Source of the DNA: Mobula hypostoma
Lineage: Eukaryota
Length of the DNA stretch: 64,000 bases
Direction of reading: 5' to 3'
NCBI RefSeq assembly: GCF_963921235.1
Contig: NC_086108.1
Location: 9,114,001-9,178,000 of the forward strand
Translations under genes and position numbers: made by a program
The notes under the pieces: generated by a model
Database searches by the model: none
Told to the model about the DNA's origin: nothing
The model's input: the letters and a program-made list of their open reading frames with translations, nothing else
Part shown: piece by piece, positions 51,350-64,000 of the stretch
How the letters are laid out: every line of letters starts with the position of its first letter
Numbering within the stretch: the first letter of the stretch is position 1

Positions 51350-53132
51350 AAGCGAAACCCAGTAGCATGAACGGCCACGATGCTTCACTACCAAATGAAC
51401 TCAACGCCTTCTATGCACACTTTGAAAGGGAGAACACAACCACAGCTGTGAAGATCCCTGCTGCACCTGATGACCCTGTGATCTCTGTCTCAGAGGCCGA
51501 TGTTAGGCTGCCTTTAAAGAGAGTGAACTCTCGCAAGGTGGAAGGTCCCGAAGGAGTACCTGTTAAGGCTCTGAAAACCTGTGCCGACCAACTGGCGGGA
51601 GTATTCAAGGACATTTTCAACCTCTCACTGCTACGGGCGGAAGTTCCCACTTACTTCAAAAAAAAGAAACAATTATAGCGGTGCCTAAGAATAATGTGGG
51701 CTGCGTTAATGACTATTGCCCAGTAGCAGTCACATTGACAGTGATGAAGTAGTTTGAGAGGTTGGTCATGATTAGACTGAACTCCTGTCTCAGCAAGGAC
51801 CTGGACCCATTGCAATTTACCTATCACCACAACAGGTCAACAGTAGACACAATCTCAACGGCTCTCCACATGGCTTTAGACCATCTGGACAACACAAACA
51901 CCTATGTCAGGATGCCAGTTCATCGACTATAACTCAGCATTTAATACCATCATTCCCACAATCCTGATTGAGAAGTTGCAGAACCTGGGCCTCTGTACCT
52001 CCCTCTGCAATTGGATCCTCGACTTCCTAACCGGAAAACCACAATCTGTGCGGATTGGTGATAACATCCTCCTCACTGACGATCAACACTGGTACACCTC
52101 AGGGGTGTGTGCTTAGCCCACTGCTCTACTCTCTATATGCACATGACTGTGTGGCTAGGCATAGCTCAAATACCATCTATAAATTCGCTGACAATACAAC
52201 CATTGTTGGTAGAAACTCAGGTGGTGATGAGAGGGCGTAAAGGACTGAGATATGCCAACTAGTGGTGTGGTGCCACAGCAACAACCTGGCACTCAACGTC
52301 AATAAGACGAAAGAGCTGATTGTGGACTTCCGGAAGGGTATGAAGGAACACGTACCAATCCTCATAGAGCAGTGGTCCCCAACCTCTGGGCCGTGGACCG
52401 ATACCTAATTAATAACTAATGAGCTTGTTTATTTTGGCTTTTTTCTTAAAGATGTGCTGGGTGCGTTCTGGCTACCGCTGCACCCTTGCATGCTTCGTGG
52501 CCCGGTATCGGTCCGCAGCCCGGAGGTTGAGGACCACTGTCGTAGAGGGATCAGAAGTGGGGAGAGTGAGCAGTTTTAAGTTCCTGGGTCTCAACATCTC
52601 CGAGGATCTAACCTGGTCCCAACATATTGATGTAGTTATAAAGAAGGCAAGATAGTAGCTATACTTCATCAGGAGTTTGAAGAGATTTGGCATGTCAACA
52701 AATACACTCAAAAACTTCTATAGATGTACTGTGGAGAGCACTCTGACAGGCTGCATCACCATCTGAGGGCGGGGGGCGGGGTGCTACTGCACCGGACTGA
52801 AGTAAACTGCAGAGAGTTGTGAACTCAATCTGCTGCATCATGGGCTTCCCCATCACCCAGGCCGTGCCCTCTTCTCATTGCTATCATCAGGGAGGAGGTA
52901 CAGGAGCCTGGAGACACACACTCAGTGATTCAGGAATAGCTTCTTCCTCTCTGGCATTCGATTTCTGAATGGACATTGAACCCAAGGACACTACCTCATA
53001 CTTTTTTTTCTTTTTGCACTACTTATAATATATTTACTATAATCTACAGTTTTTATACTTAGGCATTGAGCTGCACTTCTGCCACAAAACAGATTTCACA
53101 ACATATGCATGTGATATTAAACCTGATTCTGA
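51350..53132 (+). mobile_element. Rex1/Babar LINE, about 1.8 kb degenerate RT and 3'UTR
   Basis: [68 protein letters not shown]. Confidence 0.92.
52370..52539. mobile_element. hAT (Charlie-like) MITE, complete
   Basis: TIRs CAGTGGTCCCCAACCTC / GAGGTTGAGGACCACTG; 8-bp TSD TCATAGAG/TCGTAGAG. Confidence 0.88.
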
Positions 53133-55148
53133 ACCCTTGTACTTGACACCCTTCTCAAAATAGAGCAGCATTGTAGCACCTCATCCCTTCCCTGCACGCC
53201 ACCAACAGCGTAAGTGGACACCCGAGCTTCCCCGGACACAAACCGCAGGAGGAGCTCAGCTTGTCAGGCAGTGTTTGTTGGGGCCCTGCACTAGGTCCGA
53301 GGGAAGGTGCTCTGCATAAAGAGATGGTGGAGGGGCTGCCGGCAAAAGTTAGAACGAGATGAGAAGAGAGATGAGCAGCAGGGATGTGGGGAAATCCTAG
53401 AAACCGATGACAAGCGAAGGTGACATATGAGGGCAGATAGGGGACGCAGTGAGGGAGGGTAACGGGGGAGGAGGGGTGGTGAGCATTTCAAATAACTTGC
53501 TCCCTGAGTTCTTATCCATCTAGGTTCTCTTCCCCAACCCCCCCCCACCCTCAGCCACCTGTTACCCAGGTTCTTGACTCTTCCTCTGCTCATCACCTGG
53601 TTCCAGCTACAACCTAACTCTCCTCCTTAGACCGGCCAGCTCCCCTCTCAGGCCTGACACATCACCCATCCCATAGATGCTGCTCGACCCACAGAGTTCC
53701 TCCAGCCGTTTGCATGGTACTTCAAATTCCATCCTCAGTTTCCTCTCTCTCCCCCTCTCGCCCCAGGTCGCTGCCCAAAACGTTGACTGTTTATTTCCCT
53801 CCACAGATGCTGCCTGACCTGCTGAGTTCCTCCAGCATCTTGTGTGCAAAGGTGGGAAGAGCAGAGGGAACATCAGCAATAGCGTGGAGACACGGGAAGC
53901 TGTTCCCTTCACAAATGAAGACGGGCAGAATTAACGAGAGACACGGGGCAGCATGAAGTCGCTGGAGTACAATCACTTCACAGTGCCAGTGATCACCAAC
54001 TGCAGTTCGATTCCCGCTGCTGTCTCCAAGGAGTTTCTATGTTCTCCCCTCGGCAAGTCAGACAGCATCTATGCTCAAAAACTCCAGCATCTGCAGAACC
54101 TGGTGTGATTATGATTGTCTGGGCACCATGCCGGAAAGAGACCTGGGTTGGTGACTTGGAGAAGAAGCTCTGCTCACCTGGCGAAACCTGGTCCAGACTC
54201 TTCACCGGGCCCCACTACTCCACAATGCAGACCCCACCTCGCCCCAAACCGGGGGAGTGATAGCACAGCACTTACGTTATGTTGGGGTAAGCCAGAGGCC
54301 AGATTACTGATCTCATCTTGGCCCCACACCACAGCCAGGGAAGTTAAGTTGTAGTACTGAATAAAGTGCAACAGAGACCACAAAATGAGCAGATTGTTGT
54401 GAAGGCCCACGTGGTTTTGCCCATCTGTGGCCCCACCCCGGACAAGCCAAGCCTCTCATCACCTATGTCCCGGGGACGAGTCGAAGTCTGGAAACCCCTG
54501 GCTGCCAGCTCACAAAGCGGGTGGCATGGTAGCGTAGCCATTAGTTAGCATGATGCTTTTCAGCTCCTGCTGTACGACCCCGTTTCAATTTCTGCCACTG
54601 GCTGTAAGGAGCTCGTGGCCATGAGGGTTTCCTCTGGCTGCTACTGTTTCCTCCCACAGTCTAAATTGGTCATATAGATGTGACTGAGCTGCGTGGGCTC
54701 GTTGGGCTGGAAGAGCCTGTGACTGGGCTGCATCTCTAAACAAAACATCCCAAAGTGACTTTCAGGTAAAGGAGTATTCCAGGAGAGATGACTGCACGTT
54801 TTAGGGAGATTCTCAGGGAGGGGGTAAAGAATGCACTAAATCAGGGGTCTAACAGCAGCGGGAATTGAACCCCGATCTTGCAGCACAGTGCAACACCCTC
54901 CAACTATAAATTCCGAAAGACCCAGGAGCAGATTTCAGCCATTCAGCCTAGAGTCTGCCCTTCCATCTGATTTATTACCCCTCTCAACCCCATTCTCCTG
55001 CCTCCTCCCCCCCCCATAAGAAATGCTCCCCTCAGCGGTAAGGTGCAATGTGATGCAGGGAAAAGGTTACTTTACCTGGCTGAGTGCACAGTGCAGGCAA
55101 AATCCAACACTCTCGCACACGAGACAAAAGACAAATGTACTTTTTTTT

Positions 55149-55149
<1 letters not shown>

Positions 55150-55197
<48 letters not shown>
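55150..55197. repeat. (TA)n microsatellite
   Basis: Seen directly. Confidence 0.95.
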
Positions 55198-55203
<6 letters not shown>

Positions 55204-55557
55204 ATGTAATTTACAGCTTTTTATTATGTATTGCATTGTACTGCTGTGCAAGATAACAAATTTCATGACATATACCAGTGATATTAAACCGGATCCTCTT
55301 CAGAATTGGGGCAGTTATCGCGAACACATGGACACCACATGTTGGACCATTTCGCTGAGCCGGAGCCAGGCACACCCCCACACTGCAGGGGATGGAGGCC
55401 AGTCAGCCAAATCACCCCTTCCACACCGCTACCAACTGCCTCACCTGAAACCACGAGGTGCATATCACCAAAAATCCTCTCGCCCGCCCACCATGACCTC
55501 AAACGTTCCTGAACAGAGGTGGTGGACAGCACAGACAGACACAGAACCACATCCTAA

Positions 55558-56107
55558 AACACGAGAGATTCTGCAGATGCTGGAAATCCAGAGCAACACA
55601 CACAAAATGCTGCAGGAACTCAGCAGGTCAGGCAGCATCTATGGAGAGGAATAAACAATTGATGTTTCAGACTGACACCCTTCATCCGGACTGGAAAGAA
55701 AGGGAGAAGATACCAGAATAAAAAGGTGGGAGGTGGGGAAATGAGGCTAGCTGGAAGGTGATAGGTGAAGCCAGGTGGGTGGGAAAGGTAAAGGGCCGGA
55801 GAGGAAGGAATCAGATAGGAGAGGAGAGTTGACCATAGGAGAAAGGGAAGGAAGAGGGGACCTGGGGGGAGATGACAGGCAGGTGAGAAGAGGTAAAAGA
55901 CCAGAGTGGGGAATAGAAGAAACGGGAAGGGGGTGAAATTTGTTCACTGGAAGGAGAAGTCAATATTCATTCCGTCAGCTCGGGAGGCTACCCAGACAGA
56001 ATACAAGGAGTTACTCCTGCAGCCGGAGGGTGGCCTCATCTTGATGCAAGACAAAGCCATGGACCAATATGTCAGAACTGGAATGGGAGTTAAGATATTT
56101 GGCCACA
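55558..56107 (-). mobile_element. Penelope-like 3' fragment (GIY-YIG end plus pLTR, decayed hammerhead)
   Basis: Homologous to 1-390; includes the pLTR terminus gagattctgcagatgctggaaatcc. Confidence 0.8.
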
Positions 56108-56999
56108 ATTATCCTGGTTGCCCCATTACAGGGAGGATATCGAGGATTTGGAAGACTGCCAGACTGGGTAACAGTGTCTTCCCTCAGGATGTGGGACTAA
56201 TGAATACCCTGCTACCACCGAGGTCTCGCCACGAGGACAGCAAGCTGCTTACATGCGCTGTGCACCACATGCATTTTAAACTGTCTTTCATTAACTTATT
56301 TCTGGTAATATTTTGTTTTATGTGCTGTGTGCAAATGTTTTACGAATGTATCGTGATCCGGAAGAAGTTTGTTTCATTTGGTTGTATATATGTACAGTCA
56401 GATCACAATAACCTTGAACTTCAGGATGGATTTATCCTTTTGATTAGTTATCATCTCCATGGATGCTGCCTGACCTGCTGAGTTCCTCCAGCAGTTTGTG
56501 TGCGTCACCAGCATGCTGCCTGGACCAGAGGACTGAGCTACGGAGAGAGGTTGGGCAGGGACGGGCTGTCTTGGGCAGGTGGGCAAGTTTGGAGTGGCTG
56601 AGGGAAGCTTGATACGAGTATATCAGATGGTCAGAGGCAGAGTAGACAGCGGGTAGCCTTTTGCCAGAGTTGAAAGGTTAAGACTGAAGAGTATGTATTT
56701 AAAATGAGAGGAGGCAAGTTCAAAGGTGTGTATAGGGTAAATATTTTACTCAGAGTGGTGAGTGCCCGGAGTGGTAGTGGAGACAAATACTACAGTGGTG
56801 TTCAAGAGGTTCCTTGACAGACACGAGTGTGCAGAGACTTGAGGGATACAGACATTGTGTAGGCAGAAGGAATCAGTTTATTAAGGCATTTAATTACAAA
56901 TTTTGTTAGTTCAGAATGAGATTATGGGCTGCAGGGCTTGTTTCTGTGTTCCATTGTTCTGTGGCAAGGTAGCACTAGGGTTAGAGCAACGTGAGCTCA

Positions 57000-57520
57000 A
57001 CCAGAGTGCAGAGGACAACAAACTGTGCAAATACAAAATAAAATAAATAATAATAAATAAATGAGCAATAAGTTTTGAGAACATGAGATGAGTCTTGAAA
57101 GTGAGTCCATCGGTTGTAGGAACAGTTCAGTGATGGAGCAAGTGAAGTTGAGTGAAGTTATCCCCTTTGGTTCAGGAGCCTGATTGTTGAGGGGTAGTAA
57201 TTGTTCCTGAACCTGGTGGTGCCAGTCCTGAGACTCCTGTACCTTCTACTTGATGGCAGCAGTGAGAAGAGAGCATGGCCTGGGTGGTGAGGATCTCTGA
57301 TGATGGATGCTGCTGTCCTATGATTGTGTTTCACAGACATGTGCTCAATGTTAGGAGGACTTTACCCATGATGGACTAGGTAGAATCCACTACCTTTTGC
57401 AGGATTTTCAATACAAAGCATTGGTGTGTCCATACCAGGTCGCGATGCAACCAGTCAAGACACTCTCCACAACACATCTATAGAAGTTTACCAAAGTTTT
57501 AGATGTCATGCCGAATCTTA
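57000..57520 (-). mobile_element. Rex1/Babar LINE 3' fragment
   Basis: AASIIRDPHHPGHALFSLLPSSRRYRSLRTGTTRFRN. Confidence 0.85.
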
Positions 57521-57744
57521 ATAATCACTGATCAGAATTCAGTTCCCACCACTGTAAGGAGTTTGTACTTTCATCCTCGTGCTGTGTGGGTTTCCTTCCA
57601 GTGCTCCAATTTCCTCCCACATTTCAAAGCCATACGAGTTAAGGATACTAAATTGTGAGCACGCTATGTTGGTGCTGGAAGTGTGACACTTGGGACTTCG
57701 TTGGTCATTGAAGCAAACGACAAATTTCACTGCATATTAGTCAA

Positions 57745-58265
57745 AGAGGCATAGAAAAGTACAGCACAGAAACAGGCTCTTTGGCCCATCTAGTCCATGC
57801 TGAACCACTTAAACTGCCTAGTCTCATCAACCTGCACCAGGACCATAGCCCCATGTATTCCCTACCATCCATGTACCTATCCAAACTTCTCTTAAATCTT
57901 GAAATCGAGCTCATGTGCTCCACTTGTGCTGGCAGCTCGTTCCACGTATTCAAGACCCTCTGAGTGAAGAAGTTTCCCTTCATTTCCCCCTAAATTTTTC
58001 ACCTTTCACCATTAACCCATAACCTCTAGTTCTAGCCTCACCCTAACCTGTGGAAAAGGCCCTCCCCTCAATCGTCTACATTTCAAGGAATAAAGTCCTA
58101 ACCTTTCTTTATAACCCAGTCCTCCAGTCCCAGCAACATCCTTTTTCTCTGCAATCTTTCAAATTTATTTACATCTTTCCTGTAGGTTGGTGACCAAAAC
58201 TGCACACAATACTCCAAATTAGCCCTCACCAACATCTTGTACAACTTCATCATAACATCACATCT
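57745..58265 (-). mobile_element. CR1 LINE 3' fragment
   Basis: KLYKMLVRANLEYCVQFWSP; KGNFFTQRVLNTWNELP. Confidence 0.85.
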
Positions 58266-59316
58266 CCTGTAGCCAGTTAATGGGTTTTTGACGGGAAAAT
58301 CTAATGTTCCCAATGGCACATTGATGTACATGTGACAAGTAAAGCTAATCTTTACATTCTACCTTCTTAAAGAACATCAATACTAAACAGACTGTTGAGG
58401 TATTCCCCGCCTTGCCTCTTGGCCCAGGGCTTTATCCAATGCTGCAGGTCAACGCAAACGGAACAGACGTGGTGCTGGGGGCAGTCCTCATTCCTGATGT
58501 CAGCACCCTGACCTGGAGATATCAGAGCCCAGAAGCCATTCTAAACCCATGAGGGATTTCACAAACGTCAACCCAACCAACAGCAAATGTCCATAACAGC
58601 AACGCCGAGGCACCCATTTCCAATCAGTTGGAAATTTCCCTTCACTCCATCACTGCCAGGTCAATGTTCTCAGGCAGATGACGCTGGACCGCTGATAGAC
58701 CACACACACACACACACACACACGTAGGAACAGCACAACAATCAGAAGCCAAAAACCTCACCAACACAGCCCATGCCCCAAGAACTGGTACTACAAAAGC
58801 ATGGCCGCTGGTTGATTTGCCAGTGTTTGGCTTCTCAACCAATGTCTGACATAGGAACATGTACCCTCTGCCCACTGGGAACTATACTGGTGAACCAATA
58901 TTGTTCCCTAAACAACTGCTTCCACAGAGCTGCTGAGGCAAACACTACAGGTTCGTCTGACGGAAAGCTGGTTAAATTATGAGTGAGAGAAGACTGGAGG
59001 GGTAGGGTGAAGGAGGTCAGGAGATGTGTAGCTTGGAGCATTGATAATTCAGAGTCACAGAGCACTACAGCACAGAAACAAGTCCCTCAGCCCAGTCCAT
59101 ACTGAACCACTACCCTACCCAGCTCCATGGACCCACACTGCGACCATACCCTCCCATCCACGTACCATCCAAACTCCTTCTAAATGTTACACTTGAACCC
59201 GCACTTTCACTGGCAGCTTGTTCTACACTCACATCGCCCCGAGGGAAGCTCCCCCTCAGTCCCCTGCTTCCAACCATAACTCATCTTCTTTTAAAAGAAA
59301 ATATTGAATCACAAGC

Positions 59317-59670
59317 TGGTTGGTGCGAGATATGTCTCTACAAAGGAGAGGTAAGGCATAAGACACACCTTCCCTCCACTAGCCTACAGGTAACCCTTGG
59401 GCAAGGTGTAGCACCTGCTTAGCGCCCCCCCCCACCCCCCAGATCAGGGTCACGCGAAGCGATGGGAGCAGATGATGGATGGTCGTTCGAGCAGCCGGTG
59501 CACATCGCAAGTCCTGGTTATGTAACCACTGATGTTAGGTAGACAAGTCTCCGAAGAGTATTGATAATGGCTGGGATCACCCATCTTGTAAAGACACTGC
59601 CCAGAAGAACGCAATGGCAAACCACTCCTGAGGGAAAATGGCCCACATCATACAATATAATGGTGATGAT
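59317..59670 (+). mobile_element. RTE-derived non-autonomous element, family B
   Basis: Family core sequence. Confidence 0.75.
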
Positions 59671-60746
59671 ATATAACCATATAACAATTACAGCACAGAA
59701 ACAGGCCATCTTGGCCCTTCTGGTCCATGCCGAACTCCTACTCTCACCTAGTACCACCGACCTGCACTCAACCCCTAACCCTCCATTCCTTTCCTGTCCA
59801 TATAGCTATCCAATTTAACTTTAAATGACAACATCGAACCTGCCTCAACCACTTCTGCTGGAAGCTCGTTCCACACAGCTACCACTCTCTTAAATAAAAA
59901 AAAATCACAAGCACTCTGGTTCTGTACACAGGTAGTTGAGAGTGAGAGCTCTCTTTTTGCACTATACATTTTCAAAAATATATATATTCATAATTCAATG
60001 CCTCAATTTAATGACAGAAAATGTTAGAACCCCAATGCCCTCCCCCCTCCCCCTCACTCCACTTGCTCCAGTAAAAGCATCAACCTTCCCCTACCACCCA
60101 TTATACAAGCAATAGCAAAGCCCCCAGCAACCATGATCTAGAATCCATCAAAAAAAACTACTGCCCACCCCAACACTTCAACATCACAGACAGGCTCCCT
60201 CCCTCCCTCTCTCTCACTAGCAAGAAAGAACAATATCACTCCTGCAACGAGAGGGGAGACCAACAGTCCACCACTTCAATGCTGCAATCTGCTGCTTGGC
60301 TTGTCCGAATTTAATCTACAGTAGTTTTTACATATTGCACTGCACTGCTGCCGCAGAACAACAAATTTCACCACGTGTCAGTGATAATAAACCTGATTCT
60401 GATTCTGAGGATGTATTATCGCAGAACACTACAAAGTAATTTGGGAGCGAGGGGATGAGAAGGGATACAGAAGCCCAATCATCCGCCTGGTCTCAGTGCT
60501 GAGGAGTTCTGTGGGGCAGACAGCACCTGTGGAGAGAGATGGACTAACCAGACGATGGGTCTCAACCTGATTGACCTACCGACTTCCTCCAGCATTTCAT
60601 GTGTCTTTGTCAGAGATGAACAATTTCTGTCATGGAGTCACACAGCAGGGAAACAGGCCGCTCGGCCCAACTGATCCATGCCAACCGTGTTGCACAGCAA
60701 GTTCATCCTGTCCAGATGGCTTTCAAATATTGCTAATGTGCCTGCG

Positions 60747-61085
60747 AGGTGGCAGGGTGGAGATGCATCTCTCCCAAAGGAGCTGGAAGGTGCTCCTGCC
60801 CTCTGCTAGCTTGCAGGTCGCCCTTGGGCAAGGAGTAGCACCTGCCTACACCCTTCCCCTATTGATCAGGGTCACGTGAAGCCATGGGAGATGGGTGTAT
60901 GCCACTGATGCCAGGCTGACAATCTGTAAGGAGTATTGATAATGGCTGGGGGAGGGTCACTGGGGTGAATAATGGAAGAAGGCAACGGCAAACCCCTTCT
61001 GTAGAAAAGTTTGCCAAGGTCAATCATGGTCATGGGAGGACTGCGATCGACCACGTCATAAGACATGGCACATAATGATAATGAA
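60747..61085 (+). mobile_element. RTE-derived non-autonomous element, family B
   Basis: Family core; tail GGCACATAATGATAATGA. Confidence 0.75.
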
Positions 61086-61529
61086 TGTGCCTGCTTCAAT
61101 CACTATTCCTAGGAACTCATTCCAACTATGTACAACCCATCGGGGAGACTACATAGCATCCACAGCAGGACCACCAGATTCAAACACAGTTTCTTTCCTC
61201 AAGCAGTAAGGCTGATCAACTCCTCCACTAACTAACCCTCTCCTCCATACCCCCAACCACCTCTACTTTATCATTTCCTGTCAGAGTCACTTTATGTACA
61301 GACACTCCTGTGCCTAGCATCACTTTATGCACATACAATCAATCTACGCATATAAGCTATCTTATTTTATTTACATTTGTTATTTTTATTATTGGGTACT
61401 TTATTTTGCTGGATTTTTGTGCTTCATTGAATCCAGAGTAACAATTATTTCATTTTCCTTTACACTTGTGTTCTGGAAGTGAATTAAACAATCCTGAATT
61501 TTTGTATGAAGAAGATACCGTAAGATCTC

Positions 61530-62360
61530 AAGATCACAAGACCATAAGAAGTCGGAGCAGAGTTAGACCATTGGACCCATCGGGTCTGCACTACCGTTTC
61601 ACCATGGCCAATCCATTTCCCTCTCAGCCCCAATCTCCTGCCTTCTCTTCGTATCGCTTCATGCCCTGACCAATCAAGATGTACAAACCTCTGCCTTAAA
61701 AATACCCAATGAATTGGCCTCCTAAATCACTTGTGGCAACAAATTCCACAGATTCACCACTCTCAGGTAAAGAAATTCCTCTTCATCTCAGTTCTAAAAG
61801 GACACTCTTCGATTCTGAGGCTGTGCCCTCTGGTCCTAGACTCCCCCACCTATCCACATCCATCCTATTGAGGCCTTTTAGAAGTCAATGGCTTTCAATG
61901 AGATTTCCCCCCCCCCACCCAATCTTCTGAATTCCAGTGAATACAGGCCCAGAGACATAAAACGCTCTTCGTATGACAAGCTTTTCAATCCCAGGATCAT
62001 TTTCATTAAACACACATCAAAGTTGCTGGTGAATGCAGCAGGCCAGGCAGCATCTCCAGGAAGAGGTACAGTCGACGTTTCGGGCTGAGACCCTTCGTCA
62101 GGACTAACTGAAGGAAGAGCTAATAAGAGATTTTAAAGTGGGAGGGTGGGGGGGGGGGGAAGATCCGAAATGACAGGAGAAGACAGGAGGGGGAGGGATG
62201 GAGCCAAGAGCTGGACAGGTGATTGGCAAAAGGGATATGAGAGGATCATGGGACAGCAGGCCTAGGGAGAAAGTGGGGGGGGGGGAGAGGGGAAGACCCA
62301 GAGGATGGCAACCTCCTTTGAACCCTCTCCAATGTCAGCACATCCTTTCTTAGTTAAGGA
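61530..62360 (-). mobile_element. CR1 3' fragment interrupted by a Penelope-like pLTR (62008-62310)
   Basis: CR1 sequence ggatcattttcatt resumes at acctcctttgaaccctctcc. Confidence 0.75.
62070..62105 (-). ncRNA. Minimal type I hammerhead ribozyme motif, intact
   Basis: AGUC CUGACGA A GGGU CUCA GCCC GAAA CG UC GACU; palindromic ACGU in place of stem III. Confidence 0.75.
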
Positions 62361-62419
62361 GCATATAAAGCCTCAACATTATGTGATAAAGCCTGAACAT
62401 TCCTAGTACAACAAAGTAT

Positions 62420-62830
62420 AAAGTTCAAAGTAAATTTTATTATCGAAGTACATATATGTCACCATATACAACCCTGAGGTTAATTTTCCCGCTGCACACT
62501 CAGCAAATCTATAGCTGTAACAGGATCAATGAAAGATCAACCAGAGTGCAGAAGACAAGAAACTGTGCAAGTGCAAATTAAAAGATAGCAATAAATATTG
62601 CGAACATGAGATAATGAGGTAAAGAGTCCTTAAAGTGAGATCATTGGTTGTGGGAACATTTCAATGATGGGGCAAGTGAATGTAGTTACGCCCCTATTGA
62701 TTGAGGGGTAGTAACTGTGTCTGAACCTGGTAGTGTGAGTCCTAAGGCTCTTGTACCTTCTACCTGATGGCAGCAGTGAGAAGAGAGCATGGCCTGGGTT
62801 TTGGGGATCTCTGATGCTGGATGCTGCAAT
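62420..62830 (-). mobile_element. Rex1/Babar LINE 3' fragment
   Basis: AASSIRDPQNPGHALFSLLPSGRRYKSLRTHTTRFRHSYYP. Confidence 0.85.
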
Positions 62831-63338
62831 CACTCAGAACAGCAAGTCAGACCAATATAAACACAAGCACTCAGCAGAAACAACTCAATTGCACACTGAT
62901 TATGTCACCACGACTGGTGATAATTCGTTCACGACCTGACCTCCAGGCTCTGCAAACAACCTTACGAACAAGCAGCCAACCTCCTCCTCCATTTCAAAGA
63001 TGCCCCCTTTAAAAACTCTCGTCTCTGATGTTAAATCTCTGACCTTTTGTCTTCAGCACCCCCTCTTTAAGGCAAAAGACTGCTTCCACCCTCAAGATGC
63101 ACCAGACTTCTGCATCTGCAGTCTCTCTCTCGTCTCTCCTTGGAGAAGTGTTCCTGCCCTCTCTGCCCAGGAGACAATGGCAGTCAACTTCAGTCAATAC
63201 AACCCTGGAACACGGATTCTCAGGTCCCAATGGACATTCACTCTACGGTTTATCTCCCCGCATCCACACCCGAGCTCTCGCCAATCGCCTTTCCCCATGT
63301 CTGCCTCACTGCTATTGGCTCTCCATACACCCACCCTG

Positions 63339-63862
63339 GCTCTCTCTCCGACCACCTCTCCTCATGTCTGTCCCGGCTCTCTCCGATCACCTTTCCCCGT
63401 GTCCGTCCCGGCTCTCTCCGATCACCTTCCCCCGTGTCCGTCCCGGCTCTCTCCGATCACCTTTCTCAGTGTCCATCCCGTCTCTCTCCGATCACCTTTC
63501 CCCGTGTCCGTCCCGTCTCTCTCCGATCACCTTCCCCCGGGTCCGTCCCGGCTCTCTCCGATCACCTTCCCCCGGGTCCGTCCCGGCTCTCTCCGATCAC
63601 CTTCCCCCGGGTCCGTCCCGGCTCTCTCCGATCACCTTTCTCAGTGTCCATCCCGTCTCTCTCCGATCACCTTTCCCCGTGTCCGTCCCGGCTCTCTCCA
63701 ATCACCTTTCCCAGTGTCCATCCCGGCTCTCTCCGATCACCTTCCCCCGGGTCCGTCCCGGCTCTCTCCGATCACCTTTCCCAGTGTCCGTCCCGGCTCT
63801 CTCCGATCACCTTTCCCCGTGTTTGTCCTGGCTCTCACCGATCACCTTTTCCCGTGTCCCTC
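63339..63862. repeat. 35-bp GC-rich minisatellite, about 15 units
   Basis: (G/A)ATCACC every 35 bp from 63385 to 63840; unit CTCTCCGATCACCTTTCCCCGTGTCCGTCCCGGCT. Confidence 0.95.
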
Positions 63863-64000
63863 CCAGCACTCTTGCCGATCACCGTTCCACAGACGTGGTT
63901 CCTGAGCCCTCGGTCAATGGGAATAATTATTTTCTGCAGGTCTTGAAGAACAGTCATTGACTGTTGCTCTCCACAGATACGGCCTGTCCTGTTGAGTTCC

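Noticed and set aside
58400..58495. LQVNANGTDVVLGAVL resembling a Gypsy RNase H motif
   Set aside because: Short, the catalytic Asp is absent, and there is no flanking RT, integrase or LTR
63339..63862. CRISPR-like periodicity
   Set aside because: Contiguous units with no unique spacers, no cas genes, and eukaryotic context
63000..63960. Three overlapping 268-301 aa Pro/Ser-rich ORFs
   Set aside because: Artefact of a stop-free 35-bp minisatellite read through all frames

Overview
Eukaryotic, repeat-dominated non-coding DNA (intron or intergenic). The repeat content (CR1, Rex1/Babar, V-SINE-like SINEs, Penelope-like elements) suggests a cartilaginous fish, probably a ray; this is an inference. 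I recognise no host protein-coding exon, rRNA, tRNA or CRISPR array, and almost all listed ORFs are transposon debris or chance. Contents: many 5'-truncated CR1 and Rex1/Babar LINEs, one Tx1 LINE, one RTE-clade LINE with a clean TSD, two RTE-derived non-autonomous families, Penelope-like fragments, Tc1, Tigger and hAT DNA transposon derivatives, and several tandem repeats. Most notable: (1) minimal hammerhead ribozyme motifs in the Penelope-like repeats, two with an intact core (8855-8890, 62070-62105); (2) a 1.6-kb fold-back Tc1 made of two inverted 3' halves (38455-40084); (3) a composite MITE family whose ends are each a complete mini-hairpin; (4) a 95-bp LINE-derived tandem array whose exact junction recurs 15 kb away. 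Most of these belong to known classes, and I see no convincing evidence of a wholly new system. Boundaries of degraded repeats are by eye and approximate.
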